Assembly: GCA_965652075.1 (NCBI GenBank)
Contig: CBFGTN010000006.1
Span: forward strand, 1 to 62,306
Length of the DNA stretch: 62,306 bases
Origin: an uncultured bacterium
Lineage (GTDB): Bacteria; Chloroflexota; Limnocylindria; QHBO01
Direction of reading: 5' to 3'
Shown: positions 48,898-58,014 of the stretch, piece by piece
Numbering within the stretch: position 1 is the first letter of the stretch
How the letters are laid out: each line of letters begins with the position of its first letter
Made by a program: the position numbers and the translations under genes
The notes under the pieces: generated by a model
The model's database searches: none
Seen by the model: only the letters and a program-made list of their open reading frames with translations
What the model was told of the DNA's origin: nothing

Positions 48898-50411
48898 CCG
48901 TCGTCCTCGTCGTGCTCGACGGGTTCGGGCTGAACGACGATCCATCGCGCAACGCCCTGCTGTCCGCGTCGATGTGGAACTGGAACCGCCTGCTCGCCGA
49001 GTGGCCGCACTGCCGGCTCGCCGCATCGGGCGAGGCGGTCGGCCTGCCGCCGGGCCAGATGGGCAACAGCGAGGTCGGCCACCTGAACCTCGGCGCCGGC
49101 TTCCGGGTGCTCCAGGACCTGCCCCGGATCAACGCCGCGATCGAGGACGGGTCGTTCTTCGCCAACCCCGCGCTCAACGCGGCCTGCGAGCGAGCCGCCG
49201 CCGCTGGCTCGAGGCTGCACCTGATGGGACTCGTCGGCCCGGGCGGGGTGCACGCGGTCGACGAGCACATCGTCGCGATGGCCGAGCTCGCGCATCGGTC
49301 GGGGCTGTCGCCCGACGCCGTCCGCCTCCATGCATTCACCGATGGCCGCGACACGCCGCCGCGCTCGGCCGATGCGTTCCTCCCGGAGCTCGAGTCGCGC
49401 CTCGCGGGACAAGCGACGCTCGCGAGCGTCACCGGCCGCTACTGGGCGATGGACCGCGACCGGCGCTGGGACCGGACCAAGCGCGCGTACGACGCGATCG
49501 TTCACGGCGCCGGGCTCGGCGCCGCGACCGGGGCCGCGGCGATCGCCGACGCGTACGAGCGTGGTGAGGGCGACGAGTTCATCCAGCCGACGATCGTCGG
49601 TGATGCGGTCCTCATGGAACCCGGCGACGCCGCCATCCACCTGAACTTTCGGGCCGATCGCGCTCGCCAGCTCACCCACGCGCTGGCGCAGGGCTCGTTC
49701 GACCGATTCGACCGAGACGGCGCGGGCGCGTTCGACGTCACGACCCTGACGGAGTACCAGGCGCCGGACGAGCTGCCGGTGTCGGTCGCGTTCCCGCCGC
49801 TCGTCATCGACTCGCTGGCGGCGCATCTGTCGCGCCTGGGGAAGCGACAGCTCCACGTGGCCGAGACCGAGAAGTACGCGCACGTCACTTACTTCTTCAA
49901 CGGCGGCGTGGAGGAGCCGTTCGCGGGAGAGGACCGGATCCTCGTGCCCTCGAATCGCGAGGTTGCGACGTACGACCTGGCGCCGGAGATGAGCGCCGTG
50001 CCGATCACCGATGCGCTCGTCGACGCGCTCGGGCGTCACGAGCACGACTTCATCGTGGCGAACTATGCCAACGCGGACATGGTCGGCCACACCGGCGTGT
50101 GGTCCGCGGCGGTCGAGGCGGCCAACGTCCTCGACGCCTGCTTCGGGCGGCTGTCCCGAGCCGCGCTCGGGGAGCGCGCGACGCTGGTCATCACCGCCGA
50201 CCACGGCAACATCGAGGAGATGCGCGACGAGGACGGCAGCCCGCAGACGAAGCATACGACCTCGCTCGTGCCCCTCGTCCTCGTGTCGGAGGAGCATGCC
50301 GAGGCCCGCCTCCATGACGGCGAGCTGGCCGACGTGGCGCCGACCCTCTGCCAGCTGCTCGGGATCCCGGCCGGGCCGGAGATGACCGGGCGCTCGCTCA
50401 TCGACGGCTGA
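48894..50411 (+). CDS. gpmI: 2,3-BPG-independent phosphoglycerate mutase
   Basis: GQMGNSEVGH, DGRD, GRYWAMDRD, AETEKYAHVT, DMVGHTG, TADHGN. Confidence 0.98.
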   Translation: MTVVLVVLDGFGLNDDPSRNALLSASMWNWNRLLAEWPHCRLAASGEAVGLPPGQMGNSEVGHLNLGAGFRVLQDLPRINAAIEDGSFFANPALNAACERAAAAGSRLHLMGLVGPGGVHAVDEHIVAMAELAHRSGLSPDAVRLHAFTDGRDTPPRSADAFLPELESRLAGQATLASVTGRYWAMDRDRRWDRTKRAYDAIVHGAGLGAATGAAAIADAYERGEGDEFIQPTIVGDAVLMEPGDAAIHLNFRADRARQLTHALAQGSFDRFDRDGAGAFDVTTLTEYQAPDELPVSVAFPPLVIDSLAAHLSRLGKRQLHVAETEKYAHVTYFFNGGVEEPFAGEDRILVPSNREVATYDLAPEMSAVPITDALVDALGRHEHDFIVANYANADMVGHTGVWSAAVEAANVLDACFGRLSRAALGERATLVITADHGNIEEMRDEDGSPQTKHTTSLVPLVLVSEEHAEARLHDGELADVAPTLCQLLGIPAGPEMTGRSLIDG

Positions 50412-50471
50412 GCACTCCATCATCGGTGCCTCGCGCCGGGCCCGGACGCCTCTGCTAGACTGCGCCGGCCC

Positions 50472-50693
50472 ATGGAAACCGCCATCCTCCTCGCCCAGAT
50501 CATCCTGGCCATCGCGCTCATCGCATCGATCCTGCTGCAGCAGCGCGGGACCGGCCTGGGCGGCGCGTTCGGTGGGGAGGTGACGGCCTACCGCAGCCGG
50601 CGCGGCATCGAGCGGACGCTCTTCCGCCTGACGATCGTGCTCGCCGTCCTCTTCGTCGCCTTCAGCCTCCTCAACCTGCTGCCACAGGTCTGA
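50472..50693 (+). CDS. secG: Preprotein translocase subunit SecG
   Basis: ILLQQRGTGLGGAFGG..RRGIERTLFRLT. Confidence 0.95.
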   Translation: METAILLAQIILAIALIASILLQQRGTGLGGAFGGEVTAYRSRRGIERTLFRLTIVLAVLFVAFSLLNLLPQV

Positions 50694-50751
50694 CCGGAGG
50701 CCCGTGCTATCATCGGGCCACGCACTCGGAATTCGTTCCGGGTGCGTGCGT

Positions 50752-50838
50752 GCCGAGGTGGCGGAATTGGTAGACGCGCATGGTTCAGGACCATGTGACC
50801 GCAAGGTCGTGTGGGTTCAAGTCCCTCCCTCGGTACCA
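50752..50838 (+). tRNA. tRNA-Leu(CAG)
   Basis: GCCGAGGTGGCGGAATTGGTAGACGCG, CATGG-TTCAGGA-CCATG, long variable arm, CCA end. Confidence 0.97.
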
Positions 50839-50844
50839 ACCGAT

Positions 50845-50929
50845 GCCCAGGTGGCGGAATTGGTATACGCGTACGTTTGAGGGGCGTATGGGGAAACCCA
50901 TCCGGGTTCAAGTCCCGGCCTGGGCACCA
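50845..50929 (+). tRNA. tRNA-Leu(GAG)
   Basis: GCCCAGGTGGCGGAATTGG, TACGT-TTGAGGG-GCGTA, CCA end. Confidence 0.97.
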
Positions 50930-50950
50930 CGCCACATCGTCTGACCGATA

Positions 50951-50980
50951 CGCCGCTCGCGCCCGCCCGCGAGCGGCGTT
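50951..50980 (+). terminator. Hairpin downstream of tRNA-Leu pair
   Basis: CGCCGCTCGCG-cccgcc-CGCGAGCGGCG followed by TT. Confidence 0.55.
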
Positions 50981-51014
50981 CCTGTGTCCGGCGACCCATC
51001 CGCTACGATGCCGC

Positions 51015-51091
51015 GGGCGGTTAGCTCAGCTGGTCAGAGCACCTCGCTTACACCGAGGAGGTCGGGGGTTCGAGCCCCTCACCGCCCACCA
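51015..51091 (+). tRNA. tRNA-Val(TAC)
   Basis: GGGCGGTTAGCTCAGCTGG, CCTCG-CTTACAC-CGAGG, CCA end. Confidence 0.97.
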
Positions 51092-51135
51092 TCCGCCGAG
51101 CGCGATCCTCGCGAGGCGACCGAGGCAGCCAGAAC

Positions 51136-51489
51136 GTGATCTCGCACGACGACGTCTTCGACCACGAACGGCCGAGGCTCGACCTCGACTTCCGGGGTGA
51201 GGTCGTGTTCTGGAAGGGCCCGGCGCCGTTCCACTTCATCGCCGTCCCGGAGCCCGAGTGCGAGGAGATCGCGGCGGTCGCCGGCATCGTGACCTATGGC
51301 TGGGGCGCCATCCCGGCCTCGGTCCGAGTGGGGGAGACGACCTGGACGACGTCACTCTTCCCGCGCAAGGGGGCCTATCTCGTGCCGGTGCGGGACGTGG
51401 TCCGTGCGGCAGAGGGCATCGAGGTGGGCGACGTCCTCGACGTTCGTCTGTCGATCGCGATCGAGGAGTGGAGCCCTCCCGCTCGATGA
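51136..51489 (+). CDS. DUF1905-family protein
   Basis: WKGPAPFHF, YGWGAIP, WTTSLFP, YLVPV..VR.AEG. Confidence 0.85.
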   Translation: MISHDDVFDHERPRLDLDFRGEVVFWKGPAPFHFIAVPEPECEEIAAVAGIVTYGWGAIPASVRVGETTWTTSLFPRKGAYLVPVRDVVRAAEGIEVGDVLDVRLSIAIEEWSPPAR

Positions 51490-51543
51490 CGTCGTCCTGC
51501 TAGCATCGTCCGCGTCAACCTCCCGCCCGCGAGGAGACCCCGC

Positions 51544-52122
51544 ATGCCACTCTGGCTGATCATCCTGCTGATCGCCGTCGCCGTGATCGCCATCTTCCTG
51601 ATCTTCACGTACAACGCGCTCGTCCGGCTGCGGAACATGGTCGACGAGGCGTGGAACCAGATCAGCGTCCAGCTCAAGCGCCGGCACGACCTGATCCCGA
51701 ACCTCGTGAACGCCGTCAAGGGCTACATGGACTTCGAGCAGGAGACCCTGACCCGGGTCATCGAGGCCCGAAGCGCGGCCGTGACCGCCCAGCAGGCTGG
51801 GCCCGCGAACGCGGGCCAGGCCGCTCAGGCCGAGAACTTCCTGACCGGCGCGCTGCGACAGCTCTTCGCGCTCGTCGAGAACTACCCCGACCTGAAGGCG
51901 AACCAGAACGTCCTCGAGCTGCAGGAGGAGCTGACGACGACCGAGAACCAGATCGGCTTCAGCCGGCAGCACTACAACGCCTCGGTTCGCGAGTTCAACA
52001 CCTCGATCCAGACGTTCCCGAACGTGCTCATCGCCGGGCTGTTCGGCTTCCGCGAGCGTGACTACTTCCAGATCGAGGAAGCGGACACGGCGGTCCCCGA
52101 GGTGAACCTGCGCACGACCTGA
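51544..52122 (+). CDS. lemA: LemA family protein
   Basis: N-terminal TM, YNALV, QLKRRHDLIPNLV, ENYPDLKAN, FPNVLIA. Confidence 0.96.
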   Translation: MPLWLIILLIAVAVIAIFLIFTYNALVRLRNMVDEAWNQISVQLKRRHDLIPNLVNAVKGYMDFEQETLTRVIEARSAAVTAQQAGPANAGQAAQAENFLTGALRQLFALVENYPDLKANQNVLELQEELTTTENQIGFSRQHYNASVREFNTSIQTFPNVLIAGLFGFRERDYFQIEEADTAVPEVNLRTT

Positions 52123-52129
52123 TCGGCCG

Positions 52130-53098
52130 ATGAGCGCCGAGGCGCGCCTGGCGCCGACCACCTTCTACCGGGAGATCGACCGCAACCGGCGGCGGAGCTG
52201 GCTTCTCGTCGGGGTGGTCGTCCTCGTGCTCGGGCTGCTCGGCGGGGCGGTCGGCTACGCGACCGGCTTCGGCTGGTACGGCCTCGTGCTGGCACTCGGC
52301 ATCGCCGTCGCGATGTCCGTTGGCTCGTGGTTCGCCGGCGACGCGCTCGTGATGGCGACGAGCTCGGCGCGCGAGATCGATCGCGCCAACCCTCCGGAGC
52401 GGTTCGCGCAGCTCGTGAACGTCGTGGAGGAGATGCGGCTCGCGGGAGGGCTCCCGCAGCCCCGTCTGTGGGTCATCGACGACACTGCGCCGAACGCGTT
52501 CGCCACCGGACGCGATCCCGAGCACGCGAGCGTGGCGGTTACCTCGGGACTGCTCGACAAGCTCGATCGCGAGCAGCTCCAGGGCGTGATCGGGCACGAG
52601 ATGAGCCACATCGGCAACCTCGACATTCGCTTCACCCTGCTCGTCGGCGTGCTCGTCGGGGCCATCGCGCTGCTCGCCGACTGGTTCCTGCGCTTCACGT
52701 TCTGGGGCGGCGGGCGCCGGTCGAGCAGCGACTCGGACCGGGGCGGCGGGGGCGTCCAGGCGCTGATCTTCGCGCTCGCCCTCATCCTGGCGCTCGTGGC
52801 GCCGCTCATCGGTCGCCTGGTGCAGGCCGCGGTGAGCCGTTCGCGGGAGTCATTGGCCGATGCGACCGCGGTCGAGCTGACCCGCAACCCGGTCGGCCTG
52901 GCGCGCGCGCTGCGCACGATCAGCGACGACCAGGAAGTGCTCGAGGTCGCCAACCGCGCGACGCAGCACCTCTACATCGTCAACCCGATCAAGTCGTTCG
53001 AGGAGCGGTCGAAGTCGCTCTGGGACACCCACCCGCCCATCGGGGAGCGGATTCGTGCGCTCGAGAGCATCGCGGGTCAGATGGGCCTGACGCGGTAG
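52130..53098 (+). CDS. htpX: HtpX-like M48 zinc metalloprotease
   Basis: PNAFATG, HEMSH, SRSRESLAD, THPP. Confidence 0.93.
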   Translation: MSAEARLAPTTFYREIDRNRRRSWLLVGVVVLVLGLLGGAVGYATGFGWYGLVLALGIAVAMSVGSWFAGDALVMATSSAREIDRANPPERFAQLVNVVEEMRLAGGLPQPRLWVIDDTAPNAFATGRDPEHASVAVTSGLLDKLDREQLQGVIGHEMSHIGNLDIRFTLLVGVLVGAIALLADWFLRFTFWGGGRRSSSDSDRGGGGVQALIFALALILALVAPLIGRLVQAAVSRSRESLADATAVELTRNPVGLARALRTISDDQEVLEVANRATQHLYIVNPIKSFEERSKSLWDTHPPIGERIRALESIAGQMGLTR

Positions 53099-53171
53099 CC
53101 GCACGAGCTCGACCGGATCCGGACGGGAACCGCGTCGGACTCGTCGAGATCATGGCCGAGCACCGATTCGG

Positions 53172-53200
53172 TTGCGACCTCCAGGTGCCATCGGTATCCT
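53172..53200 (+). promoter_or_regulatory. Housekeeping sigma promoter of tRNA-Phe
   Basis: TTGCGA-N17-TATCCT. Confidence 0.6.
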
Positions 53201-53221
53201 TGCGACCGCCCGATCCAGCGA

Positions 53222-53297
53222 GCCGAGGTAGCTCAGTCGGTAGAGCACTGGACTGAAAATCCAGGTGTCGCCAGTTCGATCCTGGCCCTCGGCACCA
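53222..53297 (+). tRNA. tRNA-Phe(GAA)
   Basis: GCCGAGGTAGCTCAG, CTGGA-CTGAAAA-TCCAG, CCA end. Confidence 0.97.
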
Positions 53298-53337
53298 CCT
53301 GCACCGATGGGTCGCGGGGTACAATCGGGATGAGCGG

Positions 53338-53413
53338 GCGGAAGTGGCTCAGTTGGTAGAGCATCACCTTGCCAAGGTGAGGGTCGCGGGTTCGAGTCCC
53401 GTCTTCCGCTCCA
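53338..53413 (+). tRNA. tRNA-Gly(GCC)
   Basis: GCGGAAGTGGCTCAG, TCACC-TTGCCAA-GGTGA, TCCA end. Confidence 0.97.
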
Positions 53414-53485
53414 TCTTTTTGCCCCGACCTCGGTTGGAGCGGCTGGTTGGGCCAAAGCCGACCTGCTAGCGTGAGGCACCAGCGA

Positions 53486-53559
53486 TGCCCCGTCGTCTAG
53501 TGGCAGGACAGCGGACTTTGGATCCGTTAACGGTCGTTCGAATCGACCCGGGGCAGCCA
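53486..53559 (+). tRNA. tRNA-Gln(TTG)
   Basis: TGCCCCGTCGTCTAGTGG, GCGGA-CTTTGGA-TCCGT, GCCA end. Confidence 0.96.
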
Positions 53560-53574
53560 GACGAGAAGACCGGT

Positions 53575-53649
53575 GGCGACGTGCCCGAGTGGTTCAGGGA
53601 GCGGTCTGCAAAACCGCGTACACGGGTTCGATTCCCGTCGTCGCCTCCA
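53575..53649 (+). tRNA. tRNA-Cys(GCA)
   Basis: GGCGACGTGCCCGAGTGG, GCGGT-CTGCAAA-ACCGC, TCCA end. Confidence 0.97.
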
Positions 53650-53667
53650 CCTCAGCCAACCGCCGTG

Positions 53668-53751
53668 GCCGGAGTGGCGAAACGGCAGACGCAGCCGGCT
53701 TAAACCCGGCGGCCGCAAGGCGTGGGGGTTCGAATCCCTCCTCCGGCACCA
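53668..53751 (+). tRNA. tRNA-Leu(TAA)
   Basis: GCCGGAGTGGCGAAACGG, GCCGG-CTTAAAC-CCGGC, long variable arm, CCA end. Confidence 0.96.
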
Positions 53752-53766
53752 CCCGACGCGCGAGCC

Positions 53767-54996
53767 CTAGCGGCGCCCGAAGATCCGCCGCCCCTCCTGC
53801 TTTGTCGCGACAGCGGGCTGCTCGATGCCGATGACGGCCTGCGCCAGCCGCCGCATCGCGATCGCCGCCGGTGACGTCGGCCGGCTCATCACCAGCGGCA
53901 CGCCCTCGTTCACCGAGCGGATCATCTCCACCTCCGTGAAGGGGATCTCGGCCGCGGGCGTCGCGCGGAGCAGGTTCTCGACGTCGCGAGTCTTCAGCAG
54001 CTCCTTGGCGAACAGGTGGTTGATCACGATGTGCGTGCGAGCGCGCGTGGGGGCCGTGTCGGCCAGGAAGGCCATGAGGAGGCTCGTCGCCCGAAGCGCC
54101 GCGATCTCCGGGAAGAGGATGAACACTCGGGCGTTCGCCTGCTCGAGCAGCCACAGGCTTCGCGGGTCCAGGCGGCTGCCGAGGTCGACGAGGATGTGGT
54201 CGAACGACGGCTGCATGAGCTCGACGATGCGCTGGATGTGCTCGAGGCTGACCCGGAAGTCCTGTTCCGGCCGCGCCGGAGCGGCAAGGATCGTCAGGCC
54301 GGTGCTGTGGGTCGTGAGGTAGGTCTTCGCCAGCTCCGGATCGGCGAGCGACTGATCGTCGCTGGCGAGGGCGGCGACGTCATATCGCGGGGAGAGATTC
54401 AGGTGCGTCGCGACCTGTCCGAACTGGAGGTCGAAGTCGATGAGCAGGACCCGTGACGACGGCGGAAGGACCCCGTTGGTCGCCTGCGCGGAGCTCGCCT
54501 TGGTGCCGGACCCGCCGGCGAGCAGCACGGCCGTGTTGACCGCCAAGGTCGTCGTGCCCACCCCGCCCTTCGGACTAAAGAAGACGACGATCTCGCTCAG
54601 GCCCGGATGCTTGCTGAGGTCGGCCGCCACGCGCCCGGTGCGGATGAGGAGCGCCATGACCCGCCCGGTCAGCTCACTGTGGTCGAAGCCCCCCGCGATC
54701 ACGTCGTCCGCGCCTGCCTCGATGAACGCGATCCGCGCCTCGACGTCGTGCGCCGGCGCGATGACGAGGACGGGCGTGATCCGGCCGTCCGTCGCCGTGC
54801 GCAGCGACGCGATGGCTCCCGACGCGGCGAGGCCTTCCGCGACGATCAGGTCGCTCGGGGTGTCGCGCATGGATGCCACGGCTGCGGCCGGTGTCGTGAC
54901 CGTGGTGACCGCGTGGCCGGCGCCGGTGAGCGCCGTCTCGAGCTCCGCGCGGAGCTTCTGACCCTTAGCACAGACGAGGATCGTGTTCGACGGCAT
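53767..54996 (-). CDS. cpaE: CpaE/TadZ-like protein (atypical receiver plus MinD/ParA-like ATPase)
   Basis: Receiver-like N-terminus (DLIVAE, AGADDVI); deviant Walker A SPKGGVGTTT; DFDLQFG; SVNEGVP. Confidence 0.85.
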   Translation of the reverse strand: MPSNTILVCAKGQKLRAELETALTGAGHAVTTVTTPAAAVASMRDTPSDLIVAEGLAASGAIASLRTATDGRITPVLVIAPAHDVEARIAFIEAGADDVIAGGFDHSELTGRVMALLIRTGRVAADLSKHPGLSEIVVFFSPKGGVGTTTLAVNTAVLLAGGSGTKASSAQATNGVLPPSSRVLLIDFDLQFGQVATHLNLSPRYDVAALASDDQSLADPELAKTYLTTHSTGLTILAAPARPEQDFRVSLEHIQRIVELMQPSFDHILVDLGSRLDPRSLWLLEQANARVFILFPEIAALRATSLLMAFLADTAPTRARTHIVINHLFAKELLKTRDVENLLRATPAAEIPFTEVEMIRSVNEGVPLVMSRPTSPAAIAMRRLAQAVIGIEQPAVATKQEGRRIFGRR

Positions 54997-55207
54997 GAGG
55001 TGATGACTTCGAGGCAGCGGGGATTGGCGCAACAGTATACGGGGCACCCCGGGCCGCGTTGCCCGGGCGGGCGGAGAGCGGCTATACTTGCTCGGCGCCT
55101 CCCCTGAGGAGGCGTGGTTCATGTTCCCGACGAACCCCTTTCTGCCGCGTTCGGGCGCGCCAGCGCCGGACGTCGCAAACCCACAGAGAGGAGGCGGACG
55201 GCACCTG

Positions 55208-55759
55208 ATGCGCCGTTACGAACTCATGCTCCTGCTTCGGCCGGACCTGGAGGACGACAAGCTCCAGGCGGCGGTCGAGAAGGTCACCCGCGCCATCGTC
55301 AACGGCGGTGGCAGCCTCAGCAAGGTCTCGCCGTGGGGCAAGCGCCGCCTGGCGTACGACATCGGCCGCCACCGCGAGGCGAGCTACTTCCTCATTCACT
55401 TCGACATCGAGCCGTCGCAGGTGCGCGAGATCGAGCGAGGGCTCCTGATCAGCGAGGAGATCCTGCGCCACCTGGTCACCGTCCTGGAGGACCGCGGCCC
55501 GGCTGAAGAGATCGCCCCGGCCGTCGCCCCACGAGCCTCAGCGGAGTCGGCGATGGACGCCGACGAGGCCGAGACGGGCGCCGACGAGGCCGACACGGCC
55601 GCGCGGGAGACCGATGCTGCCTCCGAGGAGGCGGTCGAGCCCGTCGAGCCGGCCACCGCCGAGGAGTCGGCGCCAGGATCGGAGTCAGAGCCTGAGCCGG
55701 AGCTCGTGGCCGCCGAGGCCACCGGGGAGCCGGCCGACGAGGAGCGCGCCGAGGCCTGA
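55208..55759 (+). CDS. rpsF: 30S ribosomal protein S6 with long acidic C-terminal tail
   Basis: MRRYELMLLLRP, WGKRRLAYDI, ILRHLV; SD AGGAGG. Confidence 0.96.
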   Translation: MRRYELMLLLRPDLEDDKLQAAVEKVTRAIVNGGGSLSKVSPWGKRRLAYDIGRHREASYFLIHFDIEPSQVREIERGLLISEEILRHLVTVLEDRGPAEEIAPAVAPRASAESAMDADEAETGADEADTAARETDAASEEAVEPVEPATAEESAPGSESEPEPELVAAEATGEPADEERAEA

Positions 55760-55783
55760 GGCCGTGGCGAGAAGGAGCCTGCG

Positions 55784-56245
55784 ATGACGCTCAACAAGAT
55801 GATGATCATCGGGAACCTCGGCGCCGACCCCGAGCTGCGGTACACGCCGAGCGGCAAGGCGGTCACGAACCTGCGCGTCGCGGTGAACGATCGCAGCCGC
55901 GGCGCGGATGGCGAGTGGGTCGAGGAGACGATGTGGATCGGCGTGGAGGTCTGGGAACAGCAGGCCGAGCGCCTCGCCGAGCAGCTGCGCAAGGGCAACA
56001 AGGTCTACGCCGAGGGGCAGCTTCGCGCGCGCGAGTACGAGGCGCGCGACGGCCAGAAGCGAACGGCACTCGAGCTGCGGTTCGCGCGGGTCGTCAACCT
56101 CGAGCGGCGGAACCGGGAGGAGGGCTCATTCGCCGGCAGCGAGGGCTCGTTCGGTGATGCCCCTCCGCAGGTGAAGCCACGCGGCGCGGAGACGAGGTCA
56201 TCGGCGCCCGGCGCCGAGATGGACGTCGACGACATTCCCTTCTAG
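55784..56245 (+). CDS. ssb: Single-stranded DNA-binding protein
   Basis: LNKMMIIGNLGADPELRYT, C-terminal DDIPF. Confidence 0.97.
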   Translation: MTLNKMMIIGNLGADPELRYTPSGKAVTNLRVAVNDRSRGADGEWVEETMWIGVEVWEQQAERLAEQLRKGNKVYAEGQLRAREYEARDGQKRTALELRFARVVNLERRNREEGSFAGSEGSFGDAPPQVKPRGAETRSSAPGAEMDVDDIPF

Positions 56246-56275
56246 ACGAACGACACCGAGAGGAACCGATCCCAC

Positions 56276-56545
56276 ATGGCGAGCCCACGGTCCCGCCGCG
56301 AGGCGGCGGATTACTACCGCGATCGGCGCCGGCGCAAGGTCTGCAACTTCTGCGTCGACAAGGCCGAGAGCATCGACTACAAGGAGGTCAACCGCCTCCG
56401 GCGCTACCTCAGCGAGCGCGCGAAGATCGAGCCGCGCCGCAAGACCGGCACCTGCGCCCGTCACCAGCGGATGCTCACGACCGCGCTGAAGCGCGCGCGC
56501 CACGTCGCGCTGCTGCCGTACGCGCCACAGCACCTCCGTCCGTAG
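56276..56545 (+). CDS. rpsR: 30S ribosomal protein S18 (Zn-binding form)
   Basis: [32 protein letters not shown]. Confidence 0.97.
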   Translation: MASPRSRREAADYYRDRRRRKVCNFCVDKAESIDYKEVNRLRRYLSERAKIEPRRKTGTCARHQRMLTTALKRARHVALLPYAPQHLRP

Positions 56546-56611
56546 CTGACGGCGACGGACCGCGCGACGGCACGTTGACCGGATCGCGCGCGTCCGTAAG
56601 ACTCCATCAAC

Positions 56612-56717
56612 CCGAGGGGGAGTATCCCCGGACCCGGGCCATCGTCAGGACGGCGGAGCTGCTTCCGCCCGGTGGCACGGGCCGACCGGTCGTCCGGTCG
56701 GTTGGAGAGACCTTCGG
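56612..56717 (+). ncRNA. yybP-ykoY (Mn2+) riboswitch
   Basis: GGGGAGTA ... CGTCAGGACGG ... CCGG ... GGAGAGACCTT, closed by a CCGAGGG/CCTTCGG helix; lies upstream of a cation antiporter. Confidence 0.8.
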
Positions 56718-56779
56718 CCAATCTGTGCGGCGCCCGCCGATGGCGGCTGCCGCGGTCCAGCAAGGCTGAAGAGGTTTCC

Positions 56780-57901
56780 GTGGAGATCGTCCTGCTCATC
56801 GTGTCCCTGGTGGTCATCCTGGTGGCTGCCGAGCTGTTCACGAACAGCATCGAGTGGTTCGGGCACAAGCTGAACCTGGCGGAGGGAGCCGTCGGCAGCG
56901 TCCTCGCGGCCGTTGCGACCGCGATGCCCGAGACACTGATTCCGATCATCGCCATTCTCGGGCCGGTGATCTTCGGCGGCGATGCCGAGGCCTCGCACGC
57001 CATCGGCGTCGGGGCGATCCTCGGGGCGCCGTTCATGCTCTCGACCCTGGCGATGTTCGTGACAGGCATCGCCGTCGTCCTCTACGCGCGCGGCGGCCGG
57101 CGGGGGACCGGCATGAAGGTCAACGTCGGCGTCCTCGGGCGCGACGTCGGCTTCTTCATCGTCGGCTACTCGATCGCAGTCGGGACCGCGTTCCTCCCGG
57201 CCGAGCTCGCCTGGCTCAAGTGGGTCGCGGCGGCCCTGCTGGTCGTGCTCTACGCGGTCTACGTCCGGCTCCATTTCACCGACGAGCCCGAGCCCGGGGA
57301 CCCCGAGGAGCTGAGCCAGCTGCACGCCACCCGGCTCCCCGGGATGGCCGGCCCGCACACGCTCGACATCGACATCCTGCCGGGCGAGAAGGACAGCTGG
57401 GAGGTCGAGGGAGCGCCGCCGCGGATGCGGATCATCGTCAGCCAGCTGGTCGTGGCGCTCGCGCTCATCATCATCGGTGCCCAGGTCTTCGTCGGCTCCG
57501 TCGAGCATCTCGCGAACTCGATCGGGCTCGATCCGCTGATCCTGACGCTCATCATCGCGCCGATCGCCACGGAGCTCCCCGAGAAGTTCAACAGCGTGCT
57601 GTGGGTGCGCAACTCGAAGGACACACTGGCGATGGGGAACATCACCGGCGCGATGGTGTTCCAGAGCTGTCTGCCGACCGTCCTGGGGCTGCTGTTCACG
57701 AGCTGGGCCTTCACGCCCGAGTCCGCGATCGGCTTCGCATCGGCGGGCGTCGCGATCGTCGCGACGATCCTGATCTTCGGCAACATGCTGCGGACCGGCC
57801 GCCTCTCGGCCTGGACCCTGCTGATCGGTGGCCCGCTGTATCTCGTGTACGTGTATCTGGCGCTGTTCACGCCGCTCGGGCTCGGTGCCGCCGCCCACTG
57901 A
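56780..57901 (+). CDS. CaCA-family (Na+/Ca2+ exchanger-like) cation antiporter
   Basis: Alpha-repeats AVATAMPE and PIATELPE, GAILGAP, LAMGNITGA; about 10 TM. Confidence 0.92.
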   Translation: MEIVLLIVSLVVILVAAELFTNSIEWFGHKLNLAEGAVGSVLAAVATAMPETLIPIIAILGPVIFGGDAEASHAIGVGAILGAPFMLSTLAMFVTGIAVVLYARGGRRGTGMKVNVGVLGRDVGFFIVGYSIAVGTAFLPAELAWLKWVAAALLVVLYAVYVRLHFTDEPEPGDPEELSQLHATRLPGMAGPHTLDIDILPGEKDSWEVEGAPPRMRIIVSQLVVALALIIIGAQVFVGSVEHLANSIGLDPLILTLIIAPIATELPEKFNSVLWVRNSKDTLAMGNITGAMVFQSCLPTVLGLLFTSWAFTPESAIGFASAGVAIVATILIFGNMLRTGRLSAWTLLIGGPLYLVYVYLALFTPLGLGAAAH

Positions 57902-58014
57902 TTCCGCAACACCGGGCATCGACCGAGCGTCCAAGGGCCCGCTCGCGGGTATACTTCTTGCGCCTTTGGAGCGGCCGAGGCCCCGCGGCTGATCCGGTGA
58001 ACAGAGGAGGCGAA

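Noticed and set aside
50752-53751. Repeated similar segments that might be a CRISPR or repeat array
   Set aside because: They are tRNA genes; no constant repeat-spacer periodicity or cas genes were seen anywhere in the window
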